Assembly (NCBI GenBank): GCA_038245845.1
Contig: JBBRRZ010000019.1
Coordinates: 158 to 64,157, forward strand
Length of the DNA stretch: 64,000 nucleotides
From: Candidatus Limnocylindrales bacterium
Lineage (GTDB): Bacteria; Chloroflexota; Limnocylindria; Limnocylindrales; CSP1-4
Direction: 5' to 3'
Shown here: positions 8,808 to 17,225 of the stretch, piece by piece
Numbering within the stretch: position 1 is the stretch's first letter
Layout of the letters: the number at the start of each line of letters is the position of its first letter
Notes under the pieces: generated by a model
Told to the model about the DNA's origin: nothing
Database searches by the model: none
What the model saw: the letters and a program-made list of their open reading frames with translations, nothing else
Made by a program: the position numbers and the translations under genes

Positions 8808-9349
8808 AGCGACAGATCCGTCATCGGAAAGATGCTCGACCGACTGAACGTCAGCGAGTTGGGCAAGCCGTACCGCACGCCGAAGACCTGGAAGTTCAGC
8901 GGTACCAGCAGGTTGAACTGGTAGGTCAAGGTCACGCGCACGTAGCACGGCTGCGTTCGCGCACTGTTGTTGCACGGGTCAACGGAGGCGGCGGTCGTCG
9001 CGTAGTCGACCCAGTTTGCGCCGCCGTCTGGCGACAGCTGGTAGGCAAACGACGGGTTTGCGCACGCGGTGGCCGGCCCTTGGTAGTCGGTCAGGTCGCT
9101 CGACGCGACGCACGCGCGACGGACCATCTCCGCCTCGGTGGTTGAGACGGCGGGCGGCGACCACTTCTGGGACCCGAAGCTCCCGTAATCGGCTGCCTCG
9201 CGTGCGGCGGACTCGACGCTGAGCATCGTGGTGTAGATCCGTCCGAGGTCGAGGATTCCGACCATCAGGAACAGGAGCAGCGGCAGCACGAGCGCGAACT
9301 CGACGACGCTCTGACCCTGAGCGCCGTTGGAGCCCTTCAAGAGCGACAA
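8804..9349 (-). CDS. TadE-like pseudopilin
   Basis: GQSVVEFALVLPLLLFLMVGILDLGR motif. TTG start at 9349. Confidence 0.75.
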   Translation of the reverse strand: MSLLKGSNGAQGQSVVEFALVLPLLLFLMVGILDLGRIYTTMLSVESAAREAADYGSFGSQKWSPPAVSTTEAEMVRRACVASSDLTDYQGPATACANPSFAYQLSPDGGANWVDYATTAASVDPCNNSARTQPCYVRVTLTYQFNLLVPLNFQVFGVRYGLPNSLTFSRSSIFPMTDLSL

Positions 9350-9467
9350 GGTACGAATTCCCCGAGTCCCCGGCGGTGAATTCCGTGACCCTACAGCGGA
9401 ACCCTTGCACGATTCCTTGCAGGACCATCAGTCCAGGACGATTGGTGTTGCACCCGAGCAACCGTCC

Positions 9468-10109
9468 TCAGGAGAGGTCCGGCGCCCAGCCTGTCCCCAA
9501 CGCGGCCGAGAAGGCCCGATCGGGCGGTTGACGAGCGTCGAGGCCCGCGGCATAGGCGCCAATGAGGTTCGCGAACGTGCCATCGCGATCATCGGAGGGC
9601 GCGGCCATGATCGTCGCCCCGGCCGGGATCGCGTCGGGCGGGTCGCTCCCCTCGCCCACGATCACCACCAACTGCGCGCCCGCGAATGCAGCGGCGTCGA
9701 CGGCGACGGCGAGCGCCGCGTCGAGAGCGTCGACCGTCACGATGAGCACGTTGAAGGCGGTCAGGTATCGGAGCCCGAGGTCGACGTCCAGCGTTTCGAG
9801 GAGCGGCCCACCCGCAACCGGGCTCCGCGCAGGCGCCTCGTCGTCGTGCGGAGCAGGGTCATCCGGCTCGGGCCCCGGATCCATGAGGACGGTCGGCCGC
9901 GCGGGGTCGCGGAGGAGCGCCACGTGCCCGATGCCGGCCCTGCCAAGCGCGATCACGAGCTCGTCACCCGCGCGATCATCGCCGGCCCGTCCCACGAGCT
10001 CGACGGCGGCGCCGGCTGCAGCCGCTGCCAACGCGATCCCGCATGCCAGGCCTGCCGGTCCGGACGGTTCGGCCGCCTGCCAGGCGGGATTCCCCACGAC
10101 GACGATCAT
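9468..10109 (-). CDS. Hypothetical protein, weakly PfkB/ribokinase-like (degenerate)
   Basis: ATG at 10109 gives MIVVVGNPAW. Ala/Gly-rich Rossmann-like segments. No clear catalytic motifs. Confidence 0.35.
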   Translation of the reverse strand: MIVVVGNPAWQAAEPSGPAGLACGIALAAAAAGAAVELVGRAGDDRAGDELVIALGRAGIGHVALLRDPARPTVLMDPGPEPDDPAPHDDEAPARSPVAGGPLLETLDVDLGLRYLTAFNVLIVTVDALDAALAVAVDAAAFAGAQLVVIVGEGSDPPDAIPAGATIMAAPSDDRDGTFANLIGAYAAGLDARQPPDRAFSAALGTGWAPDLS

Positions 10110-10246
10110 GACGCGGAGCGTACCCGGCCCGGCGCGACCCGGCAGGCTGCGCACGTCATGCGACGGCGCCGCCGATCGACGCGGCCGGTGATTACCCCCG
10201 CGACGATCGAGAGCAGGAGGATCGGCAGCGTGCCCGGCGCCGACAC
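10106..10246 (-). CDS. Possible 46-aa membrane peptide (single TM, basic stretch, CAAC)
   Basis: GTG at 10246. Product VSAPGTLPILLLSIVAGVITGRVDRRRRRMTCAACRV.... High third-position GC. Stop overlaps the next gene's ATG (ATGA). Confidence 0.3.
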   Translation of the reverse strand: MSAPGTLPILLLSIVAGVITGRVDRRRRRMTCAACRVAPGRVRSAS

Positions 10247-10313
10247 GAGCCCGAGCGCCGGCAGCCAGGTCGCGATGCGCCCCGGCCGGGGTGCTGGCGC
10301 GACGTCGCTGCGC

Positions 10314-11864
10314 TCAGGCGTCGCGCGTGCCCCCGTCGGCGTGTGCTCCGTCCGGACCGTCGCTGGTGCCCGGATCGGCCGGCGCATCGCCGTCCGGCAG
10401 GTCCGGCTCCTCGGCGCCCTCGGTCGGGCCGCCCTCGACCGCGTCGACGGGACCCGCCTCAACGCCCGGGGCCCCGGCGGCGGCCGACGACACCGGCTCC
10501 GGGTCCACGATCAGCTCGATCGGTCCCAGCTGCTCGGCCTCGAGCGCCGCGCCGAAGTGCTCGTGGTCGCCCACGAGGATGATCGCCACTGCATCGGGGT
10601 GGATGTGATCGTGGGCGACGCGCTGGACGTCGACGGCGGTCACCGCCTCGATCGCCCCGCGGTAGCGGGCCAGCTCGTCGTCGGGGAGGTCGTGGACGAA
10701 CAGGCCGGCCAGCGACCCTGCCACGGGACCCGGCGTCTCGAACCTTAGCGGGAAGACGCCGATCAGAAAGTCGCGGGCAGCACGCAGCTCGGCGTCCGTG
10801 ACCGGGTCGTGGCGGATCCGGTCAAGCTCCTTGAGGAACTCCTGGAGGGCCGGGATGGTGGCCTCGGTGTTGACGGCGGCCCGGGCAGTGAACGGTCCGC
10901 GGGCACGTCGCAGGTCGAAGCCGGCGCTCGCGCCGTAGGTATAGCCCTTGTCCTCGCGGAGGTTCATGTTCAGCCGGGAGTTGAACAGCCCGCCGAGGAT
11001 CGCGCTCATCACCGACACCGCGTGGAAGTCACGGGTGCTCCGGGCGAGGCCCGGGTGCCCGATGCGGATCTCCGTCTGGACGGCGCCCGGCCGATGGACG
11101 ACTCGCACGAATCGACCGTCGATCGCGGAGGTGTCGTCGATCGTGCCCGGGACGGTCCCCTCCCCCGCCCAATCGCCGAACAGGGCCTCCGCGTCACGGA
11201 TGACCTCGTCCGGGTCGATGTCTCCGGCGACGACCAGCGCCGCGCGCGACGGTGTGTACGCGCGGGCATGGACAGCTCGAAGCTCGCCAGGCGTGAGCGT
11301 GGCCACCGTCTCGGCCGTGCCGCCCGCCGGGCGGTGATACGGCGAGGAGGTCCGATAGATGGACGAGACGTACGCCTCGTCGGCACGCCGGCGCGGATCG
11401 GCCTTCGCCTGCAGCAGGTCGGTCAGGCGCTCGTCACGCAGGCGGTCCACCTCGGCCTCGGGAAACGAGGGGCGGCGGACGACCTCGGCCAGGAGCTCGA
11501 GCGCGGCGGCGAAGCGGCTGGCGGGCACATCCAGGCCCGCGGACGTCGCGTCCCAACCGGCCTCGGCGTGGAGCGATGCGCCAAGGCGCTCGCCAGCCTC
11601 GGTCAACGCGATCGCGTCACGGACCTCGGTTCCCTCGGTCAGGCCGCGCGCTGCGAGAACGGTCGCGCCGCCCACCGCATCGGGCTCGTCGGCGGCCCCG
11701 GAACGGAGCGCGAGCGTCGCCGCAATCAGCGCCCGGCCAGGCATCGGCGTGACCATGATCCGCAGGCCGTTCGGGAGAGTGGTCCGGACCGTGGCCGGGA
11801 ACTCGTAGCGGCGGGGCTCGCCCGGGACCGGACGCTCCGCGATCAGGTCGCCGGCGTGGCTCAT
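10314..11864 (-). CDS. M16-family peptidase, non-catalytic (beta-like) subunit with acidic C-terminal tail
   Basis: M16 fold-like sequence, but the HxxEH position reads GGATVLAARGLTEG. ATG at 11864 overlaps the upstream stop (ATGA). Asp/Glu/Pro/Gly-rich tail. Confidence 0.8.
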   Translation of the reverse strand: MSHAGDLIAERPVPGEPRRYEFPATVRTTLPNGLRIMVTPMPGRALIAATLALRSGAADEPDAVGGATVLAARGLTEGTEVRDAIALTEAGERLGASLHAEAGWDATSAGLDVPASRFAAALELLAEVVRRPSFPEAEVDRLRDERLTDLLQAKADPRRRADEAYVSSIYRTSSPYHRPAGGTAETVATLTPGELRAVHARAYTPSRAALVVAGDIDPDEVIRDAEALFGDWAGEGTVPGTIDDTSAIDGRFVRVVHRPGAVQTEIRIGHPGLARSTRDFHAVSVMSAILGGLFNSRLNMNLREDKGYTYGASAGFDLRRARGPFTARAAVNTEATIPALQEFLKELDRIRHDPVTDAELRAARDFLIGVFPLRFETPGPVAGSLAGLFVHDLPDDELARYRGAIEAVTAVDVQRVAHDHIHPDAVAIILVGDHEHFGAALEAEQLGPIELIVDPEPVSSAAAGAPGVEAGPVDAVEGGPTEGAEEPDLPDGDAPADPGTSDGPDGAHADGGTRDA

Positions 11865-13165
11865 GCCACCTCCTCCCCGGTCGCATCGCCGGCGGTCTTC
11901 GGGACGTACGTCAGCACGACGCGGTTGTCGGCGCGGAACACGGCGCGTGCCGCGTCCCGGATCTGGTCCGCGGTGACCGAGAGGTACCGGGGCAGCAGCG
12001 TGTTGACGAGGCCCGGGTCGTCGCACAGCGTTGCGTACATCGAGAGCCGGTCGGCGCGCTCCTCGACGCGCGCAAGCGAACCCAGCTCGTCGGCCTCGGT
12101 CAGGGCCTTCGCACGATCGAGCTCGTCGGCAGTCGGCGCCTCGGCGGCGAGCTTCTCGAGCTCCTCGAGATACGCGCGCTCGACGGTCTCCACGGCCACC
12201 CCGGGGCGAACCGTCGCCCAGCCGATGCACACCGACGCACCGCCGATGAACGGAAGGGTGAACACGGCGACGTCCTGCGCCAGGCGCTCATCTCGGACGA
12301 GGCGGCGGTGAAGGCGGCTCCCCTTCCCGCCCGCGAGGAGCTGGGACGCGAGGTCGAGCGCATCGAGCTTCGGGTCCCCGAAGGCGGGCGCCCGGAAGCC
12401 GATGTAGACGCGCGGCAGCGGGACGCGGTCCTCGACGGTCTCGCGGATCTCCTCGCCCAGGATCGGCGGCAGGGACATGTCGGGCAGCGGCGGGATGGCC
12501 GGGTTGGGCGCGATCGGCCCGAAGTACTTCTCGACCCAGGTTCGGACCTGTGCCCGATCGCAGTCGCCCACGACGCTCAGGACCGCGTTGTTCGGCGCGT
12601 AGTAGGTCGCAAAGAATGCCTTGACGTCATCGACGGTGGCGGCGTCTAGGTCCGCCATCGACCCGATCGTGGGGTGGTGGTACGGATGCCCCTCCGGGAA
12701 CAGGTGCCCGAGGAGCTTCTCGTTCCAGGTCCCATACGGCCGGTTGTCGTAGCTCGAGCGCTTCTCGTTCTTCACGACGTCGCGCTGGTTGTCGAGGTTC
12801 TCCTGGTTGAGCGCCTCGAGCAGCGTGCCCATCCGGTCCGCCTCGAGCCACAGTGCGAGCTCCAGCTGGTGGGACGGCATGGTCTCGAAGTAGTTCGTGC
12901 GGTCGAGCCATGTCGTGCCGTTGAGCGTCCCGCCCGCGCCCTGCACCAGCGCCATGTGCTCCGCCTTGCCGACGTGCGCGGACCCCTGGAACATGACGTG
13001 CTCGAACAGGTGCGCGAAGCCGGTCTTGCCCGTGACCTCGTGCTTGGAGCCGACGTTGTACCAGAGGTTCACGGCGACGACGGGCGCGAGGTGGTCCTCC
13101 GCGATGATGAGGCGCAGGCCGTTGGGCAGGCGCTCGTCGCTGAAGTCGACGACGGGAACGGGCAT
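11861..13165 (-). CDS. M16-family zinc peptidase, catalytic subunit
   Basis: GFAHLFEHVMFQGS (inverted zinc motif HxxEH). ATG at 13165 within ORF 11861..13651. Confidence 0.9.
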   Translation of the reverse strand: MPVPVVDFSDERLPNGLRLIIAEDHLAPVVAVNLWYNVGSKHEVTGKTGFAHLFEHVMFQGSAHVGKAEHMALVQGAGGTLNGTTWLDRTNYFETMPSHQLELALWLEADRMGTLLEALNQENLDNQRDVVKNEKRSSYDNRPYGTWNEKLLGHLFPEGHPYHHPTIGSMADLDAATVDDVKAFFATYYAPNNAVLSVVGDCDRAQVRTWVEKYFGPIAPNPAIPPLPDMSLPPILGEEIRETVEDRVPLPRVYIGFRAPAFGDPKLDALDLASQLLAGGKGSRLHRRLVRDERLAQDVAVFTLPFIGGASVCIGWATVRPGVAVETVERAYLEELEKLAAEAPTADELDRAKALTEADELGSLARVEERADRLSMYATLCDDPGLVNTLLPRYLSVTADQIRDAARAVFRADNRVVLTYVPKTAGDATGEEVA

Positions 13166-13323
13166 GCGGACGGAATCTCCGTGCGGGCGGGGCGTGGTGG
13201 GTGGGGCGCATTGTAGGGCGAGCGGCGCCGGGCCCCCGCTCGCTCGCGCCCTCGCCTGACTGGCCCCGGCCGCACCGGCGCCCGGTTCAGCCGCCCGGCT
13301 GGTGGCGCTCCGGGCTCGTCGGG

Positions 13324-13851
13324 TCAGCGGCTCCCGTACTTGGCCAGCCACTCCTGGTCGGACTGGACGAGCCACAGGATCCCTTCGATGAAGCCGACGA
13401 TCCCCGGGATGGCCGTCCAGAAGAAGACCAGGTAGACGATCCCCTTGGTGTTGTCGCCGAGGTAGAACTTGTGGACCCCGAACGACCCGAGGAAGATCGC
13501 CAGCAGCGAGGCGACGAGCTTGCTCTTGCCGGTGGCCGTCGTGACGTCGCCCACCGTGAGCCCGCCGCCGCCGGGCATCCCCGCCTGGAACGGCTGGCGG
13601 ACGCCGCACTTGGGGCAGATCTCGGCCCGGGCATCGATCGACGCGGCGCACGCGTGACAGAACTTCGTCGTGGGCGCCGGGGCGGGCGGCGGCGCTGCGG
13701 ACCAGCCCTGCTTCGGCGGCTCCCCTGACCCCGCGGCCGGCGCTTCATTCATCGGCTCGGGCTGCGTGGGGGCAGGCTCGGGCTGCGTGGGGGCGGGCTC
13801 GGGCGCGCTCGACATCGGCTCCTCGTCACCCGGCGTGGTTCCCTCGGTCAT
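13324..13851 (-). CDS. TM2-domain membrane protein with N-terminal Pro-rich region and zinc-ribbon
   Basis: FCHACAASIDARAEICPKCG zinc ribbon. The TM2-like part is LLAIFLGSFGVHKFYLGDNTKGIVYLVFFWTAIPGIVGFIEGI. EPAPTQP occurs twice. Confidence 0.75.
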   Translation of the reverse strand: MTEGTTPGDEEPMSSAPEPAPTQPEPAPTQPEPMNEAPAAGSGEPPKQGWSAAPPPAPAPTTKFCHACAASIDARAEICPKCGVRQPFQAGMPGGGGLTVGDVTTATGKSKLVASLLAIFLGSFGVHKFYLGDNTKGIVYLVFFWTAIPGIVGFIEGILWLVQSDQEWLAKYGSR

Positions 13852-13959
13852 GGTTGTCTCCCAGCCGAACGCGCCTGACGGCGCACTTGTTCAGCGACCC
13901 AACGATAGTCCTGTGCGTGGATCCGGGCCGTCGGCGCGCCGAAGGTGGTGACCTCCCCG

Positions 13960-14481
13960 TCAGGCGGGTCGCGCGACCCGGCGGCCCATCTGGCTCGCCG
14001 CGAGCCTCACGAGGACGATCGCGACGAGGGCACCGGCGAGGGCCGAGGCCGCGAGCGTCGCGGGCTCCATCGGGAGCGGGATCGACAGCCAAGTGCCGTC
14101 GTAGTCGGGCCCTTCCAGCGCGACCGGGCGGGTGAGCAGGTAGAGCGCCCCACCCGTGAGCGCGCCGACCGCCGCGGCGAGGATCGATGGCAGGAGAAGC
14201 CCGGGCCGGTGTGGGGCGACCACGAGGACCGACGCGGCGACCAGGGCGACGAGAAGCTGCCCCCAGTTGCCCTGCGTGGGCAGGAGGCCCGTGGCGGCCG
14301 CGCAGCGAACCGCCGTGACGTCCAGCGGCCCGAGGCACGCGGCGACCTGCCCACCGCCGAACAGGAGGAGCATCGCCGTGCCGATCCCGAGGACGGCCAC
14401 CGCCGCCATCCGCCTGATCGTGGTGGTTCCTGACATGACGCGATCCTGAACGGTGCCAAGACGCTCGCCAATGCGGGTCAT
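13960..14481 (-). CDS. Hypothetical polytopic membrane protein
   Basis: Four hydrophobic segments. Start ambiguous: ATG at 14481 or 14436. Divergent from the ArsR gene across the palindromic operator. Confidence 0.4.
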   Translation of the reverse strand: MTRIGERLGTVQDRVMSGTTTIRRMAAVAVLGIGTAMLLLFGGGQVAACLGPLDVTAVRCAAATGLLPTQGNWGQLLVALVAASVLVVAPHRPGLLLPSILAAAVGALTGGALYLLTRPVALEGPDYDGTWLSIPLPMEPATLAASALAGALVAIVLVRLAASQMGRRVARPA

Positions 14482-14527
14482 CCCGCAGTTCCGACGCGGC
14501 GGCCCCGGGGTTGACACTGCGTGGTCC

Positions 14528-14549
14528 GTGTTAGATGATCATCTAACAC
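14528..14549. promoter_or_regulatory. Perfect 22-bp palindrome GTGTTAGATGATCATCTAACAC (candidate ArsR operator 1)
   Basis: Self-complementarity checked base by base. Lies 22 nt upstream of the ArsR ATG at 14572, in the divergent promoter region. Confidence 0.7.
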
Positions 14550-14571
14550 AAGGAAGACCGGCAGGACATTG

Positions 14572-15648
14572 ATGAGCCACTCCACCCGCAGCACCGCCTC
14601 GAATGCCCCCAGCGGGCGCGCCATGCTCCGCGATGTCGGCGCCGGCGCGAGCCTGCCGGCGGCGTTCGACGTGCGCACCGCGTTCGACTTCGCGGTGAGC
14701 CTGGCCCACGAGGTCGGCGAGCACGAGGAGCTCCCGGCCGAGGACCGTCGCTGGCTGGAGCGGTCGCGCGCGGCGCTCCCCGAGCGCGTTCGCGGCGCAA
14801 TCGATGACGAGATGTGGACCTTCGGTGCCGGGCTTGCGGTCGACCGCCCGGATGTCACCGATGCCGCGGGCTTCGTGGACCTGCTCGCGCACACGACCGG
14901 CGCGGAGTTCACGGGAGCTGTCCTCGCCGACAGCCTGCGCGACCCGGCACGGCGCGCGGAGGTTACCGCCGCCCTCGACGGGGACGGGGCCGCCATCGCG
15001 ACGCTGCTCGCGGCCTGGCCGGACCACAAGCAGGGCTGGTTGCGCCGGCTGCTCGTCGACGCCGATTCGCTCATCGGCGAGGTCAGCGACCTCATGGCTG
15101 CCTGGCTGCCGCTCTACCAGGAGATCGAGCCGCGCGTGCGCGCGATCATCGAGCGCGACGTCCGCCTGCGCGCGGGCGACATCGCGAGCCTCTCCCCCGC
15201 CGAGCTGATCGAGCGCACGACGAACGGCATCCGCTGGCTGTCGGAGCCTGGGGTACGCCGCGTGGTGCTCGCGCCATCGTTCGTGGTCCGTCCCTACAAC
15301 TTCACCTTCGCGGGCGGCGACTGGCGGCTGTTCATCTACCCGGTGTCCGATGGTGCGCTCGAGCCGCTCGACCCGCTGGCGCCGCCACCCGGCGTCCTCC
15401 GCCTGCACCGCGCGCTCGGCGACGACTCGCGGCTGCGCATCCTGCGCCTGCTCAAGGATCGCGACTGGTACCTGACCGAGATCGCCGAGCGCCTGGAGCT
15501 GTCCAAACCGACGATCAAGCACCACCTCGCGCAGCTCCGGGCCGCCGGCCTCGTGACGCTGACCGAGGAAGGTGGTCTCTCCTACTACAGCCTCCGGCGT
15601 GACCGGCTCGACGACGCCTCGTCAGAGCTGATCCGCTTCCTCTCCTAG
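14572..15648 (+). CDS. ArsR-family transcriptional regulator with ~250-aa uncharacterised N-terminal domain
   Basis: C-terminus LHRALGDDSRLRILRLLKDRDWYLTEIAERLELSKPTIKHHLAQLRAAGLV is an ArsR/SmtB winged HTH. ATG at 14572. Confidence 0.8.
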   Translation: MSHSTRSTASNAPSGRAMLRDVGAGASLPAAFDVRTAFDFAVSLAHEVGEHEELPAEDRRWLERSRAALPERVRGAIDDEMWTFGAGLAVDRPDVTDAAGFVDLLAHTTGAEFTGAVLADSLRDPARRAEVTAALDGDGAAIATLLAAWPDHKQGWLRRLLVDADSLIGEVSDLMAAWLPLYQEIEPRVRAIIERDVRLRAGDIASLSPAELIERTTNGIRWLSEPGVRRVVLAPSFVVRPYNFTFAGGDWRLFIYPVSDGALEPLDPLAPPPGVLRLHRALGDDSRLRILRLLKDRDWYLTEIAERLELSKPTIKHHLAQLRAAGLVTLTEEGGLSYYSLRRDRLDDASSELIRFLS

Positions 15649-15690
15649 GCTCCCAATGTTCGCCCGTCCCGCGTCCCGCGCGACCCGCGA

Positions 15691-15713
15691 GTTAGATGAA
15701 GGACTAACACAAG
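15691..15713. promoter_or_regulatory. Second operator-like site GTTAGATGAAGGACTAACACAAG
   Basis: Shares GTTAG-N8-CTAAC plus the flanking ACAAG with site 1. Lies between the ArsR stop (15648) and the small ORF at 15773. Confidence 0.6.
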
Positions 15714-15772
15714 TGAGATCGCAGACAACCGGCTTCCCCACCCCGCACCGCTCCAACGAGGGAGATCACCCC

Positions 15773-15970
15773 ATGTACGACACGCTTCGCCAGAACGACA
15801 TCGACCACCTGGTCCAGGACCGGATCGGCGACCTGTACGCGACCGCGCGGGAGCTGCGGCCTGCACACCGCGACATCGACATCCATACGGGGCTCGTCAC
15901 GCGCACCCGCTGGTCGATCGGCCGGCGGCTCGTGTCCCTCGGGAATACCGTCGCGGGCCAGCACGCCTGA
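15773..15970 (+). CDS. Small hypothetical protein (65 aa)
   Basis: ATG preceded by GAGGGAG. Product MYDTLRQNDIDHLVQDRIGDLYATAREL.... No family recognised. Confidence 0.4.
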   Translation: MYDTLRQNDIDHLVQDRIGDLYATARELRPAHRDIDIHTGLVTRTRWSIGRRLVSLGNTVAGQHA

Positions 15971-15981
15971 CCCGGCATCGC

Positions 15982-16422
15982 CTAGAGCGGGAGCAGCACC
16001 GCGACGATCGTGATCGGCAGCGAGATGAGGAACGCGTCGCGGATCATCCGCGCCACTGCCGCCATGTCCGCCCGATGCGCGGCCTCGTCCTCGACGCTCC
16101 GCCGGGTCGAGTCGGCATCGCCGAAGTTCGTGATCCGCGCGAAGGCGAACCCCGCGCAGAAGTGTCGGCGTGCCTGGAGCCACGAGAACGTCCCGCCCAT
16201 CAGCGGCAGGATAAGGACCAGGCGGCTCAGCGCCGGGGCGTGCAGCGCGACAAGCGCCGCGAACACGATCGCAGCCGTCACGAAGCCCACGATCCCGATG
16301 GTCCGTCGCTTGCGGATCTCCCACGGCCCGATGTTGCACACGCCCGGCACGTAGCCGTCGCCAACAGGTGCCGGTGCGATGGTGATCGGGGTCAGGGGCG
16401 TCGAGGCGGAGAGACCGGACAT
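15982..16422 (-). CDS. Hypothetical membrane protein (146 aa)
   Basis: ATG at 16422 preceded by GGAGG. Several hydrophobic segments. Divergent from CopC. Confidence 0.55.
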   Translation of the reverse strand: MSGLSASTPLTPITIAPAPVGDGYVPGVCNIGPWEIRKRRTIGIVGFVTAAIVFAALVALHAPALSRLVLILPLMGGTFSWLQARRHFCAGFAFARITNFGDADSTRRSVEDEAAHRADMAAVARMIRDAFLISLPITIVAVLLPL

Positions 16423-16537
16423 GCAACCTCCAGGGACCCGCGCGGAGGGTGGCGGGCGTGGACCCGAGGGTCCTTCCCTATCTTCGCCCGGATCGGCTTC
16501 GTGGATGCTGCCGTCGGCAGCGAACCCAGCGCGCGGG

Positions 16538-16543
16538 TAGACT
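16538..16543 (+). promoter_or_regulatory. Candidate -10 hexamer TAGACT (GGGTAGACTC), 8 nt upstream of the CopC GTG
   Basis: Same motif and spacing as at 6047. Confidence 0.35.
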
Positions 16544-16551
16544 CCCCAGCC

Positions 16552-17223
16552 GTGGACACGATCGCCAACCGCCCGACTCCGGCCCGTGGCCCCCGCGTTT
16601 CCGCGTACCGCGTCCTCGCCGTCATCGGCGCGCTGGCGATCGGGCTTCTGACGGCGGTCCCCGCCCTCGGCCACGCCGAGCTCACCACGTCCGACCCTCC
16701 CGACAAGGCCGTCCTCGACACCCCGCCGACGACAATCACGCTCACCTTCAGCGAGGGCCTCGACGCGGGCAAGAGCTCCTTCAAGGTCATGGGGCCGGCC
16801 GGCGCCATCGGTACGGGCACGGCGGCGGCCGATGGCGCGGTCACGATGTCGCTGGACGGGCTGACGCTCGCACCGGGTGCCTACTCGATCGAGTGGACCT
16901 CCGCAGCCGCGGATGGCCACATCGACCGCGGCACGCTCAGCTTCTCCGTCACTGAACCCCAGGCGGCTTCGCCCGCGCCGACGGCGGCGCCCACGTCGAG
17001 CGCGGCGGCATCGGCGAGCGCGGCGGCATCGGCGAGCGCGGCGGCATCGGCGAGCGCGGCGGCATCGGCGATCGCGGCCCCGTCCGTCGCCGCCACCCCT
17101 GCGCCGAGCGGCGACGGTGCACCCGCGGCGTCCGGCGCTGACGTCCTGCTGCCGATCATCGCTGCCCTCGCGCTCGTAGCGATCGTCGGCGCATTCGTCC
17201 TTCGCCGCACCCGCACCGTCTGA
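16552..17223 (+). CDS. copC: CopC-domain copper-binding protein with Ala/Ser linker and C-terminal TM anchor
   Basis: Signal peptide ends ALG|HAELTTSDP, so the mature N-terminal residue is His, as in CopC. CopC-like beta-sandwich sequence (YSIEWTSAAADGH). C-terminal helix LLPIIAALALVAIVGAFVL. Confidence 0.8.
   Translation: MDTIANRPTPARGPRVSAYRVLAVIGALAIGLLTAVPALGHAELTTSDPPDKAVLDTPPTTITLTFSEGLDAGKSSFKVMGPAGAIGTGTAAADGAVTMSLDGLTLAPGAYSIEWTSAAADGHIDRGTLSFSVTEPQAASPAPTAAPTSSAAASASAAASASAAASASAAASAIAAPSVAATPAPSGDGAPAASGADVLLPIIAALALVAIVGAFVLRRTRTV
16999..17070 (+). repeat. Perfect 4 x 18-bp in-frame tandem repeat AGCGCGGCGGCATCGGCG, encoding (SAAASA)4
   Basis: Read directly from the sequence. 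Lies inside the CopC linker. Confidence 0.9.
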
Positions 17224-17225
17224 CG

